This document shows positions 18,070 through 27,686 of a stretch of 64,000 bases of DNA, piece after piece. Source of the DNA: an uncultured Chlamydiales bacterium (GTDB lineage: Bacteria; Chlamydiota; Chlamydiia; Chlamydiales; JAAKFR01); NCBI GenBank assembly GCA_963748195.1, contig CAVVHU010000011.1, positions 28,923 to 92,922 on the forward strand, in the 5' to 3' direction. Under the pieces are notes generated by a model. The model was not told where the DNA came from. It ran no database searches and saw only the letters and a list, made by a program, of their open reading frames with translations. The position numbers and the translations under genes were made by a program. The first letter of the stretch is position 1, and the number at the start of each line of letters is the position of its first letter.

Positions 18070-20924
18070 GCAAAAATGTTAAATGTCCGTGGGCGGGTCA
18101 GCACCTGAATCTCCCCAGTGCGTAGGAAGATGTAAAATGAGCCCTTAAATTGTGCTCTGGAGTCGAAGAGGTGCAAATAGCGCTCGACTGCATTCTGATA
18201 AATCGCCGCTTGCAAGTCATACCTATGGTGTTTAACAACCTCTTCAGCCGTACCATCTACATAATTCGTTTTCCAATCTATCACATAATATCCCCCCTCA
18301 TACTCAAAGAATAAATCGATAAACCCTTTGAAATAACCAGGGGGCTCTTCTGATGGAAATAAAAACTCCATCTCTTTGAAAATCTTCTTAGGATCAACAG
18401 CAGAAAGCGGGAAAGTACCGTCAGGTCCTGGCAGCGGCTGATGCAGCGTACGACGCATCATCACCTCAACCTCTTCAGCCCATGGCTCAAGCAGCGTGCC
18501 TTTGAGTTGAGTGGAAACAAAAGGAAGCAGCGACTTCGCCTGAAACGCCTCTTCAAAGGGAAGATCCTCGAACAGTTGGTGAATAAGTGTCCCTGTCTCC
18601 GCTCCCACAGGCAAAATTCCCTCAGGAATATGCATCTTTTCGGGCTCGTAATGCACAAGGGAAGAAAAAGAATGGATCGTAATCGGAGAAAATGTTTTCT
18701 CTAACTTTATAGGAGTAGAGGAAGAAGCGCGTTTAGACCGATAGACAGGCGCTGGATAAATCTTGCAGATCTCATGCGATTTCTTCGTGACATCAACACC
18801 TTCTAAAAATGTGGAAACCGGCGAATCGTTCTCTAAAACAGGAATGTAAAGCCGCCTTTTTGCGCGTGTGCAGGCGACATAAAGCTGACGCATTTTCTCT
18901 GACCGTTCCTCCGCTTCGCTTAAAGGGTCTGAAAGCACAAAACGATTTTCACTCCGCACAAGCCCTTTTCGACGCGTGTGAGGCGCTGCAATGCCGATTG
19001 GAAAGACTACGGAAAATTCAAGTCCTTTACTCACATGAATAGTCATCACCTGAATCGCATCATCTTCCATGATTGCCCGTGCGCGCAACTCTTCTGAATC
19101 GGGATCAAGCTGCATGAGGCCATGATAAAATGAGAGATAGTCCCCTTTATGATGCACAGCTTTTTCTACAAGCTGCAACATATCCTGATAAAGCTGTGAG
19201 TCGCTTAAATTAGACTCCTGTACAACCTTTTGGAAAAAAGGGAGAATGCCTTCTGTTTCCAAAAGATGGTGGTAGCGGTAAAAACGTTCATACTCCTCAG
19301 GGATCGCTTCGATGGAATGACAAAAAAGCGGACCGGCTAATACCCGCGCCATCGCGCTCCTATCTCGGGGATTGTCAGCAGCGCGCAAAAGCTCTAATAA
19401 CGTCGCAAATGCAGGCGAATCGTGAAGTGAGCGGCTTCTTTTTGAAACAGTCGGCAAAGGACAAGCCGCGATAAAACGTTCCGCTTGAAAACGGTCGTTC
19501 ACAAGGACTGCGCACTCGCGTAAAGGAAGTTGTAAACGGGCAATCTCATGTACAATCGTTGAGAAAAGCGCTGCCTCGTCCTCTGCAATAAGAAAATGGA
19601 GACTCCCTTTTCCATCAGAAATAGGAGGAAGTTCTGATGCCGCTTCGACGGGGGGGCAAGGAAGCGTTTCTCCTGTCTTAGGCAAGGAGATAAAATCTTT
19701 GGAAAAAAGCGCGTTTAACTCCTCTACAAGCGAAGGCGTACTCCTGTAGTTTGTTTGAAGGGAGGCATGGGTCTTCTCTCCCATCTGCCGTTTTGCCTCG
19801 AGGTAAGTATAGAGATCGGCATTGCGAAAACGGTAAATCGACTGCTTGGGATCGCCGACCAAATAGAGCGGGCCCTCAAACTGAGCATTTAAAAATAGGG
19901 TAGAAAAAATTTGCCATTGTAAAGGGTCTGTATCTTGAAATTCGTCGATCAAAACGGCCCGAAACTGCCCTCTCACAGCTTTTGCAAACAGAGGATCAGC
20001 CACATGCTTTGCCATCTTCTTCAGCAAATCTTCGAAGAAAACAAGCTCCTCCTCTTCGATCACACGCTCTAAATGCAAGCGTGTTTTCTCCGCTAAGCGC
20101 GCTAAAATAGCCGTCGAATCGGAGAAAAGGGTTAATTTTGGAATCAAATCCCTTTGCAGCTCCTCTAGAAAGCCGGGGTAGTGAAGCGTAGGCGATAGAG
20201 CCCGCTTTAACTTGTTATCCTCCGTGTATTTTAGTATCGGAAGATCAACCGGATCGATTTTTTGCCCTGCTAAAAGCAATGTAAAGCGCTTTAAACCGGA
20301 CTCAACCTCTGGCTTTACATTCTTTTGCCGATCGCACAACTTTCCAAACTGAGGGGCAAGCGCTAAAAGATCTTCTAAAAGTTTATCTGGATCAACTGGT
20401 TGAAGTGCATCGATCGCATTTTGATACTCCCAATCAGGCTCTTCAATGGGGAGGCGCTGACTTGCGATCGATGCAAGCTGATTGACAAGCCCATCGGGAT
20501 CTTTTTTGAGAACTTTTGCAAGCTGTTTGGGAGTAAGAATATGGGAGGTGCGTAAGTAGTCTTTGATGATTTGTTTGAGAAGGGTTATTTGAGCACTCTC
20601 TTCGATCTGATCGAGAGAAAAGCCTGTTTGCAAAGCCTGCTGTTGCAGCATATGGAAGCAAAAGCTATGAATCGTCCAAATTTTTGCCTCGTCAAACTGC
20701 GCGAGCTGATCAGGGGCGAGCTTCGCCCTAATCCTCTCTTTTAGTTCGACTGTTGCCGCCCGCGTAAAAGTCACAACAAGGATTTCATCTAATGAAAGCC
20801 CCTCTTGAAGTAGCCGGAGCACGATGTTTTCGATCGCAAAGGTTTTTCCTGTTCCGGCAGAAGCCTCAAGAAAGTGATTCTTAAAAAGAGGAAGATCGGG
20901 ATCTAAAACGTTAAAACCAGGCAT
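18063..20924 (-). CDS. recB: Exodeoxyribonuclease V beta subunit
   Basis: EASAGTGKT, LIDEFQDTD, VGDPKQSIYRFR, TIHVSKGLEF, YVACTRAK and the C-terminal nuclease motif GFIDL...VIDWKTN. Confidence 0.96.
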   Translation of the reverse strand: MPGFNVLDPDLPLFKNHFLEASAGTGKTFAIENIVLRLLQEGLSLDEILVVTFTRAATVELKERIRAKLAPDQLAQFDEAKIWTIHSFCFHMLQQQALQTGFSLDQIEESAQITLLKQIIKDYLRTSHILTPKQLAKVLKKDPDGLVNQLASIASQRLPIEEPDWEYQNAIDALQPVDPDKLLEDLLALAPQFGKLCDRQKNVKPEVESGLKRFTLLLAGQKIDPVDLPILKYTEDNKLKRALSPTLHYPGFLEELQRDLIPKLTLFSDSTAILARLAEKTRLHLERVIEEEELVFFEDLLKKMAKHVADPLFAKAVRGQFRAVLIDEFQDTDPLQWQIFSTLFLNAQFEGPLYLVGDPKQSIYRFRNADLYTYLEAKRQMGEKTHASLQTNYRSTPSLVEELNALFSKDFISLPKTGETLPCPPVEAASELPPISDGKGSLHFLIAEDEAALFSTIVHEIARLQLPLRECAVLVNDRFQAERFIAACPLPTVSKRSRSLHDSPAFATLLELLRAADNPRDRSAMARVLAGPLFCHSIEAIPEEYERFYRYHHLLETEGILPFFQKVVQESNLSDSQLYQDMLQLVEKAVHHKGDYLSFYHGLMQLDPDSEELRARAIMEDDAIQVMTIHVSKGLEFSVVFPIGIAAPHTRRKGLVRSENRFVLSDPLSEAEERSEKMRQLYVACTRAKRRLYIPVLENDSPVSTFLEGVDVTKKSHEICKIYPAPVYRSKRASSSTPIKLEKTFSPITIHSFSSLVHYEPEKMHIPEGILPVGAETGTLIHQLFEDLPFEEAFQAKSLLPFVSTQLKGTLLEPWAEEVEVMMRRTLHQPLPGPDGTFPLSAVDPKKIFKEMEFLFPSEEPPGYFKGFIDLFFEYEGGYYVIDWKTNYVDGTAEEVVKHHRYDLQAAIYQNAVERYLHLFDSRAQFKGSFYIFLRTGEIQVLTRPRTFNIFAQ

Positions 20925-23706
20925 CTACCATTTCCTTATAGAGTTTTTCAGCCTCTTCTTTCCATGAAGCGATCAGCTCATCGGAAGGGAGAAGCTCCTG
21001 TCCGCGAAAAGCCCAGAGAAGCGACGCATCATAGTGCTTTACTTTGTCCAATTTAGCGCTGTCTTCTTTCAAAATCGGTTCGATCCAATCTGGGAAAAGA
21101 GGGGTCGGTATCTGCTGGGAAAGAAAATAATAGTCGACAGCTCTCTGCAAATAGGGATATGGGTCGTCAAAAAAGCGCTCTGCTTCCTTGTGTTCGCGAA
21201 ATAAAAGCTTTTTTGTTTCAGGGTTGAGTGCTGCTAATATCAAGAAAAGAGGCAGGCTGCGGACAGCGCCTTTCACTGTCTTTTTCTCAAAGGCATATAA
21301 TCCTTCAGAAAAAACACCATCCAGCGTGCCAACAAGTTGAACATTGCCAATTGCGAGATTCACCTCGCGCGACTCTAGGTTTTCAGGAATGTCCGCGATC
21401 TCATCTTCGAGTTGAATACGGGCAAGCTCGCCAAAGCTCCCAAGTGGAAAATCTCCTTCTCGCTGTGCTTTTTTGAATGCATCGCCTTCATGCTTGCGCA
21501 AGTTCGACATACGTAGAGGAGATAAATGAAAGGCTTCTTCCTCTTGAATCACTTGTTCATCGCGCACATATACGCCTCGAGCATGTAAATAGTGACGTAA
21601 CGGGGAGCGGAAAGCGCGCATAAAATCAAAAAGATCGATGTGGCACGGCGGGATCTCCACTTTTCCCGGGTGATAAACAAAAAGAGAAGGCCTTTCTCTT
21701 TTTTCTTTTATCGGAACGGGAACTGGGTGGTGAATCGGCTCCGGCAAAAAGGAAAGCAGCTGCGTCACTACAGAAGAAGGAGGCCATGGGGTATGATCAT
21801 AAGGATCTATACCCAAATAACTGATAATCAACTTTTCACGAGCAGACAATATCGCTTCTAAAAATAGGTAGCGGTCAAAGTCGAGACGGCTGGGAGCATA
21901 ATCGCCTCTCTCTTTGATTAAATCGAGTGAGAAAAGGTTCTCTTGCCTAGGAAATGCATCGTGGTTCATCCCGATCAGGCAGATCACTTTAGCCGGAATC
22001 GCGCGCATAGGGAGCATCGAGCAAAATCGGACCGTCTGCAATTGATTGGGGTTCACGGTCATGTTCTTTTCACCCACAATTTCGTTCAATAACTGCTCAA
22101 TACTGTCAAAAGAATAGGTGCGGTTTGGCGCAAAGCGGCCGGCTCTAGCCAGTTGCTCGAGGCGATAAAAAAGAACATCCGAATCGGAGAAATAGCTCTC
22201 GCACATAGCCTTTAGAGAATCTACCCACTCGCGCAGCGTCAACCGCTGATGGAGCACTTGTAAATCCCCAGCTAACCGGTCAAGCACTTCTTTCCACTCC
22301 CCTAAAAGCTCAGCCTGGGTAAAGTCGATCCGCACCGGCTCATATGGAATCGCCAGCTCTTCGAGCAGATGATCAATGCCGGCCTTCCATGTCGCTCCTT
22401 CCTCTCCTATTCCCTTTTCGCACTGCCGTTTTTTGAGCAGCGCATCCCGATGCGCCGCATCAAGTCCCCATCGAATGCCGGTCGCTTCAATCCAATCGCG
22501 GATTTGGATTAAGTCTTCTTCATTCCATCCCGCTTTTTTCTGAAATAGCGGGTGTTGAAATAACTCGAGAACAGCAGGAGCGCTAAACCTGCGCTTTTCC
22601 AAACCAAGCAGTAAAAAGAGGCCTTCAACCTGAGGGTGATTATGCTGCAAGGGCATGTCAGCAATCTGGTAAGGAATAGAATCTTCAAAAACAGCGCGAA
22701 TGAACGGCTCGTAGAGGGCTATGTTTGGAGCCATGACAAGAATATCTTTGGGCTCTAACCCCTCATTTTGCAATAAATCCGATAGGGTTGCATGGAGGTT
22801 TTGAATCTCATGGTGTTCGGTAACTGAAATATGCAGTTGTAGCGAGCGATCTTCGTGCTTCTCCTCTTTTTCAAGAGAGAGTAATTCTCTTTGCAACGCA
22901 TGAAGCTGCGTTTTTTTCTCAGGCAAAATATAGGTCTCTTCGGTGATCAAATCACTCTCTTCAATAAGCTTAGCCATTTCCCGGCCCACTTTCCCAAAAT
23001 GAGTTAAGAGAGGATGTTCGTGTGAAAGATCGCTCCAAAACTCTTGGCAGGGAGAAAGTTGATAAAAATGGACAGAATCGAGTTGCTGAAAAAAATGAAA
23101 ATAGAGCGCAGGAATATGGCTAAAAGAAAAGAGATGAATCGTTGCGTCACATGCTCTTTTTTTCAAAGTCGATAACATCCGCAACGGGTAGCTCCATCTC
23201 TCAAAAATCCGTTTCCAAAGATCTTCCTGCCAATTTTGAGGCTCTTTTTCCCATTCCTGACATGCTGTATTTCCATAAATTCCATAACGGACAAAGAGTG
23301 TAGCGAGTTGTTTGGCAAGAGGGATGACCTTTTTTTCCTTACCTTGAAGATATTTTTTTAATGGTTCCCATTTTTCCTGAAGAAGGCTGAGCTCTTCCTC
23401 AATACGCACAATCAATTCGAGCCTAGATGGAAATTTTTCAATCTCGAAGAGCTCTTCAATCGCTTTATCTAGAAAAGTGGTGGTGATTCCAGCCGCGATA
23501 TTGAGCTCTTGAGCCAAGTGCATTCGAATCCAGCTTTCCATTGCCTGGCTTGGCACAATGACGAGCCTTTTGGAAAATGGTGAGGATCCTTGAATAAATA
23601 GATTTTCTTTTAGTTTTTCAAAAAGACATTCAAGAGAGTTGCTAAAAAAGAGCTTTCCAGGATTATAATCTCTTGTAATGCACAAATTTTTATCCAAATT
23701 TTTCAC
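20911..23706 (-). CDS. recC: Exodeoxyribonuclease V gamma subunit
   Basis: LFFSNSLE start, VIVPSQAMESW, PCQEFWSD and PMRAIPAKVICLIGMN..FPR; directly upstream of recB. Start uncertain (23685-23706). Confidence 0.93.
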   Translation of the reverse strand: MKNLDKNLCITRDYNPGKLFFSNSLECLFEKLKENLFIQGSSPFSKRLVIVPSQAMESWIRMHLAQELNIAAGITTTFLDKAIEELFEIEKFPSRLELIVRIEEELSLLQEKWEPLKKYLQGKEKKVIPLAKQLATLFVRYGIYGNTACQEWEKEPQNWQEDLWKRIFERWSYPLRMLSTLKKRACDATIHLFSFSHIPALYFHFFQQLDSVHFYQLSPCQEFWSDLSHEHPLLTHFGKVGREMAKLIEESDLITEETYILPEKKTQLHALQRELLSLEKEEKHEDRSLQLHISVTEHHEIQNLHATLSDLLQNEGLEPKDILVMAPNIALYEPFIRAVFEDSIPYQIADMPLQHNHPQVEGLFLLLGLEKRRFSAPAVLELFQHPLFQKKAGWNEEDLIQIRDWIEATGIRWGLDAAHRDALLKKRQCEKGIGEEGATWKAGIDHLLEELAIPYEPVRIDFTQAELLGEWKEVLDRLAGDLQVLHQRLTLREWVDSLKAMCESYFSDSDVLFYRLEQLARAGRFAPNRTYSFDSIEQLLNEIVGEKNMTVNPNQLQTVRFCSMLPMRAIPAKVICLIGMNHDAFPRQENLFSLDLIKERGDYAPSRLDFDRYLFLEAILSAREKLIISYLGIDPYDHTPWPPSSVVTQLLSFLPEPIHHPVPVPIKEKRERPSLFVYHPGKVEIPPCHIDLFDFMRAFRSPLRHYLHARGVYVRDEQVIQEEEAFHLSPLRMSNLRKHEGDAFKKAQREGDFPLGSFGELARIQLEDEIADIPENLESREVNLAIGNVQLVGTLDGVFSEGLYAFEKKTVKGAVRSLPLFLILAALNPETKKLLFREHKEAERFFDDPYPYLQRAVDYYFLSQQIPTPLFPDWIEPILKEDSAKLDKVKHYDASLLWAFRGQELLPSDELIASWKEEAEKLYKEMVDAWF

Positions 23707-25408
23707 CTCTTTTGCTGCGCTTAATCTGACTCAATTTTTTGCAGCATTAAACGACAACCTCTATAAATTGTTGCTCGTCTTTTTCCTCATCTCGGTTAAA
23801 GGGCCGGAGCACAGCAACACAATCCTATCGCTTGCAGGAGCAATTTTTGTTATCCCCTTCATTCTCTTTGCTTCTACAGCAGGGACATTAGCCGACCGCT
23901 TTAGCAAAAGAACGATCATCTACATTACCCGACTGATCGAGATTCTCTCAACTACCTTAGGGCTTATTGCCTTTATTTTTAAGTCGATGGCCGGAGGCTA
24001 TATTGTTCTTTTTTTGATGGCGACTCATAGCGCCATCTTCTCCCCTTGCAAATATGGAATTATCCCTGAAATTGTCGATAGGACAAAAGTCTCGCGTTGC
24101 AACGGCATGATTACCGCGGCCACATATTTAGCGATTATTTTAGGCACCTTCTTTGCCTCATTTATCTCAGAAGTATCCGGCCGCAACTTTGTACTTGCCG
24201 TCTCATTTTGTATCTATTTTTCAATTATAGGATTTTTATTCAGTTTACGAATCGAAAAGACCAGCCCACAATCAGCAAAAAAGAAGATCTCGGCTCGCTT
24301 TCTCCACACGATATATGTAACCCTTAAAAAAGCGCGGAAAGAGCGATATTTGCTCGTAGTGATTATTTTTGGGTCCTACTTCCTCTTTATGGGAGCCTAT
24401 GCACAGCTCAATATCATCCCATTTACAATTCAATCGCTGCACCTTTCTGAAATTCAAGGGGGATATCTTTTTTTAATGACTGCAATAGGGATTGGAATCG
24501 GCTCCTTTACAGCCGGCCGCCTCTCCGGTAAAGAAGTTGAGCTCGGTTTCGTCCCAACGGCCGCCTTTGGTGTTGGCGTTTGTTTTATCGGTTTGTTTGT
24601 ATTCTCCTCTTCCTTAATAGGGGTTGTAATCCTCTTAGTTTTGACCGGTTTGGCCGGAGGATTTTACATCGTCCCAATCGATGCCTTTATCCAAATCGCC
24701 AGCCCAAAAGAAGACCGCGGCCAAAATGTAGCGGCTTCCAATTTTTTGAGTTTTATCGGCGTCATAATCGCCTCAGGTTTTATTGCATTATTCGGAAACC
24801 TTTTAAATTTAAGCGCGGCAGCCGGTTTTCTTATTGTAGGCATTCTTACCCTGATTATGAGTGTAGCACTACTTCTCCTCTTTGCAGATCAAGTGCTCCG
24901 TTTGGTGGTCGCTGGGGGTGCCTATATTTTCTGTCGCATTCGTATCATCGGGAGGAATCGGATCAAAACAATTGGCCCGACCCTGCTTGTCGCACCCCGA
25001 ACAAGTTGGCTTGATACTGTAGTCGTAATGGCTACACTTCCCCGACTGATCCGCTACATTGTTCCCCTCTCTGTTGGGAAAAAGCAAAAACGTCTTCTCT
25101 ATCGTCTTCTTTGGCTCATTCCAATCGATATCGAACACTTTTCGCCTATTGGGCCTCCAGCGCTAGAAGCCATTAAGAAAGAGCTAAAAAGTGGTCACTC
25201 TGTCTGCTTAATGCAGCCTGTGGATATTCCTTCGAACAGCTTAAAAGAATGGGAAAACGAGCTTAAAGAGGTTTTAAAAGATATTCAAGTACCCATCATG
25301 CCGATCCACATTTCGCGCTCCAAGCCCGAAAAAAAGGACCGATTTTCTCAAATCAAAAGTTTGACAAAAGAGACAATCCGTGTATCTTACGGAAATATGA
25401 ACGAATAG
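23678..25408 (+). CDS. lplT: LplT-like MFS lysophospholipid transporter fused to a degenerate acyltransferase-like domain
   Basis: TQFFAALNDNLYK, GTLADRFSK, SAIFSPCKYGIIPE and GGFYIVP motifs; C-terminal PlsC-like fold. Confidence 0.8.
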   Translation: MHKFLSKFFTSFAALNLTQFFAALNDNLYKLLLVFFLISVKGPEHSNTILSLAGAIFVIPFILFASTAGTLADRFSKRTIIYITRLIEILSTTLGLIAFIFKSMAGGYIVLFLMATHSAIFSPCKYGIIPEIVDRTKVSRCNGMITAATYLAIILGTFFASFISEVSGRNFVLAVSFCIYFSIIGFLFSLRIEKTSPQSAKKKISARFLHTIYVTLKKARKERYLLVVIIFGSYFLFMGAYAQLNIIPFTIQSLHLSEIQGGYLFLMTAIGIGIGSFTAGRLSGKEVELGFVPTAAFGVGVCFIGLFVFSSSLIGVVILLVLTGLAGGFYIVPIDAFIQIASPKEDRGQNVAASNFLSFIGVIIASGFIALFGNLLNLSAAAGFLIVGILTLIMSVALLLLFADQVLRLVVAGGAYIFCRIRIIGRNRIKTIGPTLLVAPRTSWLDTVVVMATLPRLIRYIVPLSVGKKQKRLLYRLLWLIPIDIEHFSPIGPPALEAIKKELKSGHSVCLMQPVDIPSNSLKEWENELKEVLKDIQVPIMPIHISRSKPEKKDRFSQIKSLTKETIRVSYGNMNE

Positions 25409-25445
25409 ATTCTGTAAGTTAGATAGGAGATCAGTAAACAGGCAA

Positions 25446-26219
25446 ATGGACATAAATACTTGGTGGTATCTCCGGGCATATGCGATTTTCGTCCTTTTTA
25501 ACTTAGCAGCTTTAGTAAGCGTTTTCATTTTTCATAAAAAAAAGTGGCGCATCGATTTAACGAATTTTCATCACTATACTTCCCTTGTTTTCCAAATTTG
25601 TGGAATTGTGTACGCCTTTTTTTTAAGTTTCATTGTCTGGGATGTATGGGAACGCTTCTACGATGTGAAACGCACGATCCAGGAAGAATCTAAAGATCTC
25701 GTCGACCTCTACCGCGATACATCTGTTTTTGGTGAACCCGCAGAAAAAAATATGCAAACCAAGCTCAGAGAATATCTAATACAAGTCGTAACTTATGAGT
25801 GGAGACATATGGAGGTGCCTGGAGCTTTTGTGCGTGGAGATGAGCTGATCGATGAAATCTGGGATACCTACTACGCATATACCCCTCAAACTTCAAAAGA
25901 ATCAATCTGGTATGGCGAATCGATAAGAAAACTCGACTCTTTTACCAAAGCACGCCTCACTCGCATTTTTAATAATTCAAGCTCAGTGGGTAATATGCGC
26001 TGGGCTCTATTGATCGTAGGCGGTCTGTTTCTTGTCTCCATGCCCTGCTTTTTCAAGATCGATCTTCTCTTTTATAAGCTACTTCTAACCCTTTTTTTGG
26101 CAAATATCATTGCATTTTTGCTCTTTGTCGTCTTTTCCCTCGACCACCCCTTTACAGGGCATGTTGAAATCGATGCTCAACCCTTGAAGTATGCGTTAAA
26201 AACAATCCGATCGTGGTAG
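25446..26219 (+). CDS. DUF4239-like membrane protein
   Basis: GIVYAFFLSFIVWDVWE, YLIQVVTYEW..M, R.TRI and FSLDHPFTG pattern. Confidence 0.75.
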   Translation: MDINTWWYLRAYAIFVLFNLAALVSVFIFHKKKWRIDLTNFHHYTSLVFQICGIVYAFFLSFIVWDVWERFYDVKRTIQEESKDLVDLYRDTSVFGEPAEKNMQTKLREYLIQVVTYEWRHMEVPGAFVRGDELIDEIWDTYYAYTPQTSKESIWYGESIRKLDSFTKARLTRIFNNSSSVGNMRWALLIVGGLFLVSMPCFFKIDLLFYKLLLTLFLANIIAFLLFVVFSLDHPFTGHVEIDAQPLKYALKTIRSW

Positions 26220-26230
26220 AAGCTCGGTAA

Positions 26231-27568
26231 TTAGAAGGCATAGATGACGGACATCTCGAAGGCTTTGTAGTGGAAGTTTCCACCAATGCTTTTATTGCGC
26301 GGCGTCGCATATTGCCCCTGCGCGCGCAACGATAAGTTGTCAGTCATCGCATAAAGGCCACTCACTGCCCACCCTTTAAAGTTTGTGAAACCTCGAGCGT
26401 TAGCAGGGAAAAATCCCTGTAAGATCGCATCGGAAAGCAGAACATTGGCAGCATTGCCATGACCGATACCGGATATATCAAATTCAGGTACAGCTTGCGC
26501 TTGTACACTCTGGTAAATAATATCTATTGACCAATCGCACGCTTTGCACAGTTTTCCAAGAGTAAATCCCGCATACCATGCACCATTTAACTTCTTGTAG
26601 TCAGTTGTGGGCGTTCTTTTAGCATCATGATTCGCTAATACAGCTGCATAGATGTAAAGTGTTTTACAACGCAGAAAATCGATCTTGCGCTCATATCCAA
26701 AAAGCATTTGCGAAACGATAAAATCGTAGCGAGGGTTATCGCGCACAGTTACTTTTCCAGATACGTCTTTGATGTTTCCGTAGTTGAGCGTAGGAGCCCC
26801 ACGATGCCAATCTACAAGGCTGTATTTGAAACTGAACCCTGTGCCGGCCCAGTCGACTAGGGCCGTTTCAACAATCCACGCATAGTGATTTGTGAAGCTG
26901 TCGACGATCATAGGACCGCCATGGATAAAAAAGTTCCCATAGCCCGTGAAATCGCGTGTATAATAAAGATGGATTCCATCAAAAGTACTGGTGAATTCCA
27001 CTCGGGAATCGTAGATATAATCGAGCTTACTGCGGCCTATTTCAATATAGAAGTCTTCTTTTCCCTTTTTGTAGATATCATAACCGATGAAAGCACGATC
27101 CATTTCAACCCTAGTCGCTGTTCCACCATCTTTACCGTCAAAATTGACCCACCTGAGTTTAGTTGACACCCAAGTTCTAGGAGCGACATAATCGAAGAAG
27201 AGGTTCACTTCGCTTTTATAGGTGTTGATCGCGGTATTGGTTCCCTGGCCGCGCTGCTTCTCTCCATTCACTTTTTCACCTGCGGTAATCCAACGCGCAC
27301 GAACGTCCCCGGCAATGGTGAGCAAGCCCGATTTTTTACGGCACTCGATTAAGCCTTTGCTCTCGATAAAATCCCTCAAAACATGTGGATCGACAAATTC
27401 GTCATCATCCGGGCCAAAATCACCTTCTGAGAGAAATCCTGATGCGGATGGACCCAAGTTATCCACAGCAGCGATCAATGCTTCATCATCAATCTCGAGA
27501 TCATCCTCCGCTGCAAAGAGTGGAGTGGCAAATGCAAAAAAGAGAACTAAAATATAAATTTTTTTCAT
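26231..27568 (-). CDS. Outer-membrane beta-barrel / putative porin (CT623-like)
   Basis: Signal peptide, acidic N-terminal linker, TIAGDVRARW motif recalled from chlamydial CT623 homologs, C-terminal Phe. Confidence 0.75.
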   Translation of the reverse strand: MKKIYILVLFFAFATPLFAAEDDLEIDDEALIAAVDNLGPSASGFLSEGDFGPDDDEFVDPHVLRDFIESKGLIECRKKSGLLTIAGDVRARWITAGEKVNGEKQRGQGTNTAINTYKSEVNLFFDYVAPRTWVSTKLRWVNFDGKDGGTATRVEMDRAFIGYDIYKKGKEDFYIEIGRSKLDYIYDSRVEFTSTFDGIHLYYTRDFTGYGNFFIHGGPMIVDSFTNHYAWIVETALVDWAGTGFSFKYSLVDWHRGAPTLNYGNIKDVSGKVTVRDNPRYDFIVSQMLFGYERKIDFLRCKTLYIYAAVLANHDAKRTPTTDYKKLNGAWYAGFTLGKLCKACDWSIDIIYQSVQAQAVPEFDISGIGHGNAANVLLSDAILQGFFPANARGFTNFKGWAVSGLYAMTDNLSLRAQGQYATPRNKSIGGNFHYKAFEMSVIYAF

Positions 27569-27686
27569 AACAGACCTATAACGCCAACTGTTATAGACGC
27601 TTTGTTAATAAAGCTCAAAGGTTTTGTCATCACAAAGATTATGTATAACTCTTCTCAAAAATTCACTTTTCCTCTTAACTCAGGCC

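Noticed and set aside
13630-20924. Chi-like sites enriched beside recBCD
   Set aside because: No GCTGGTGG in the repeat unit, and the chlamydial Chi sequence is unknown to me, so nothing can be supported.
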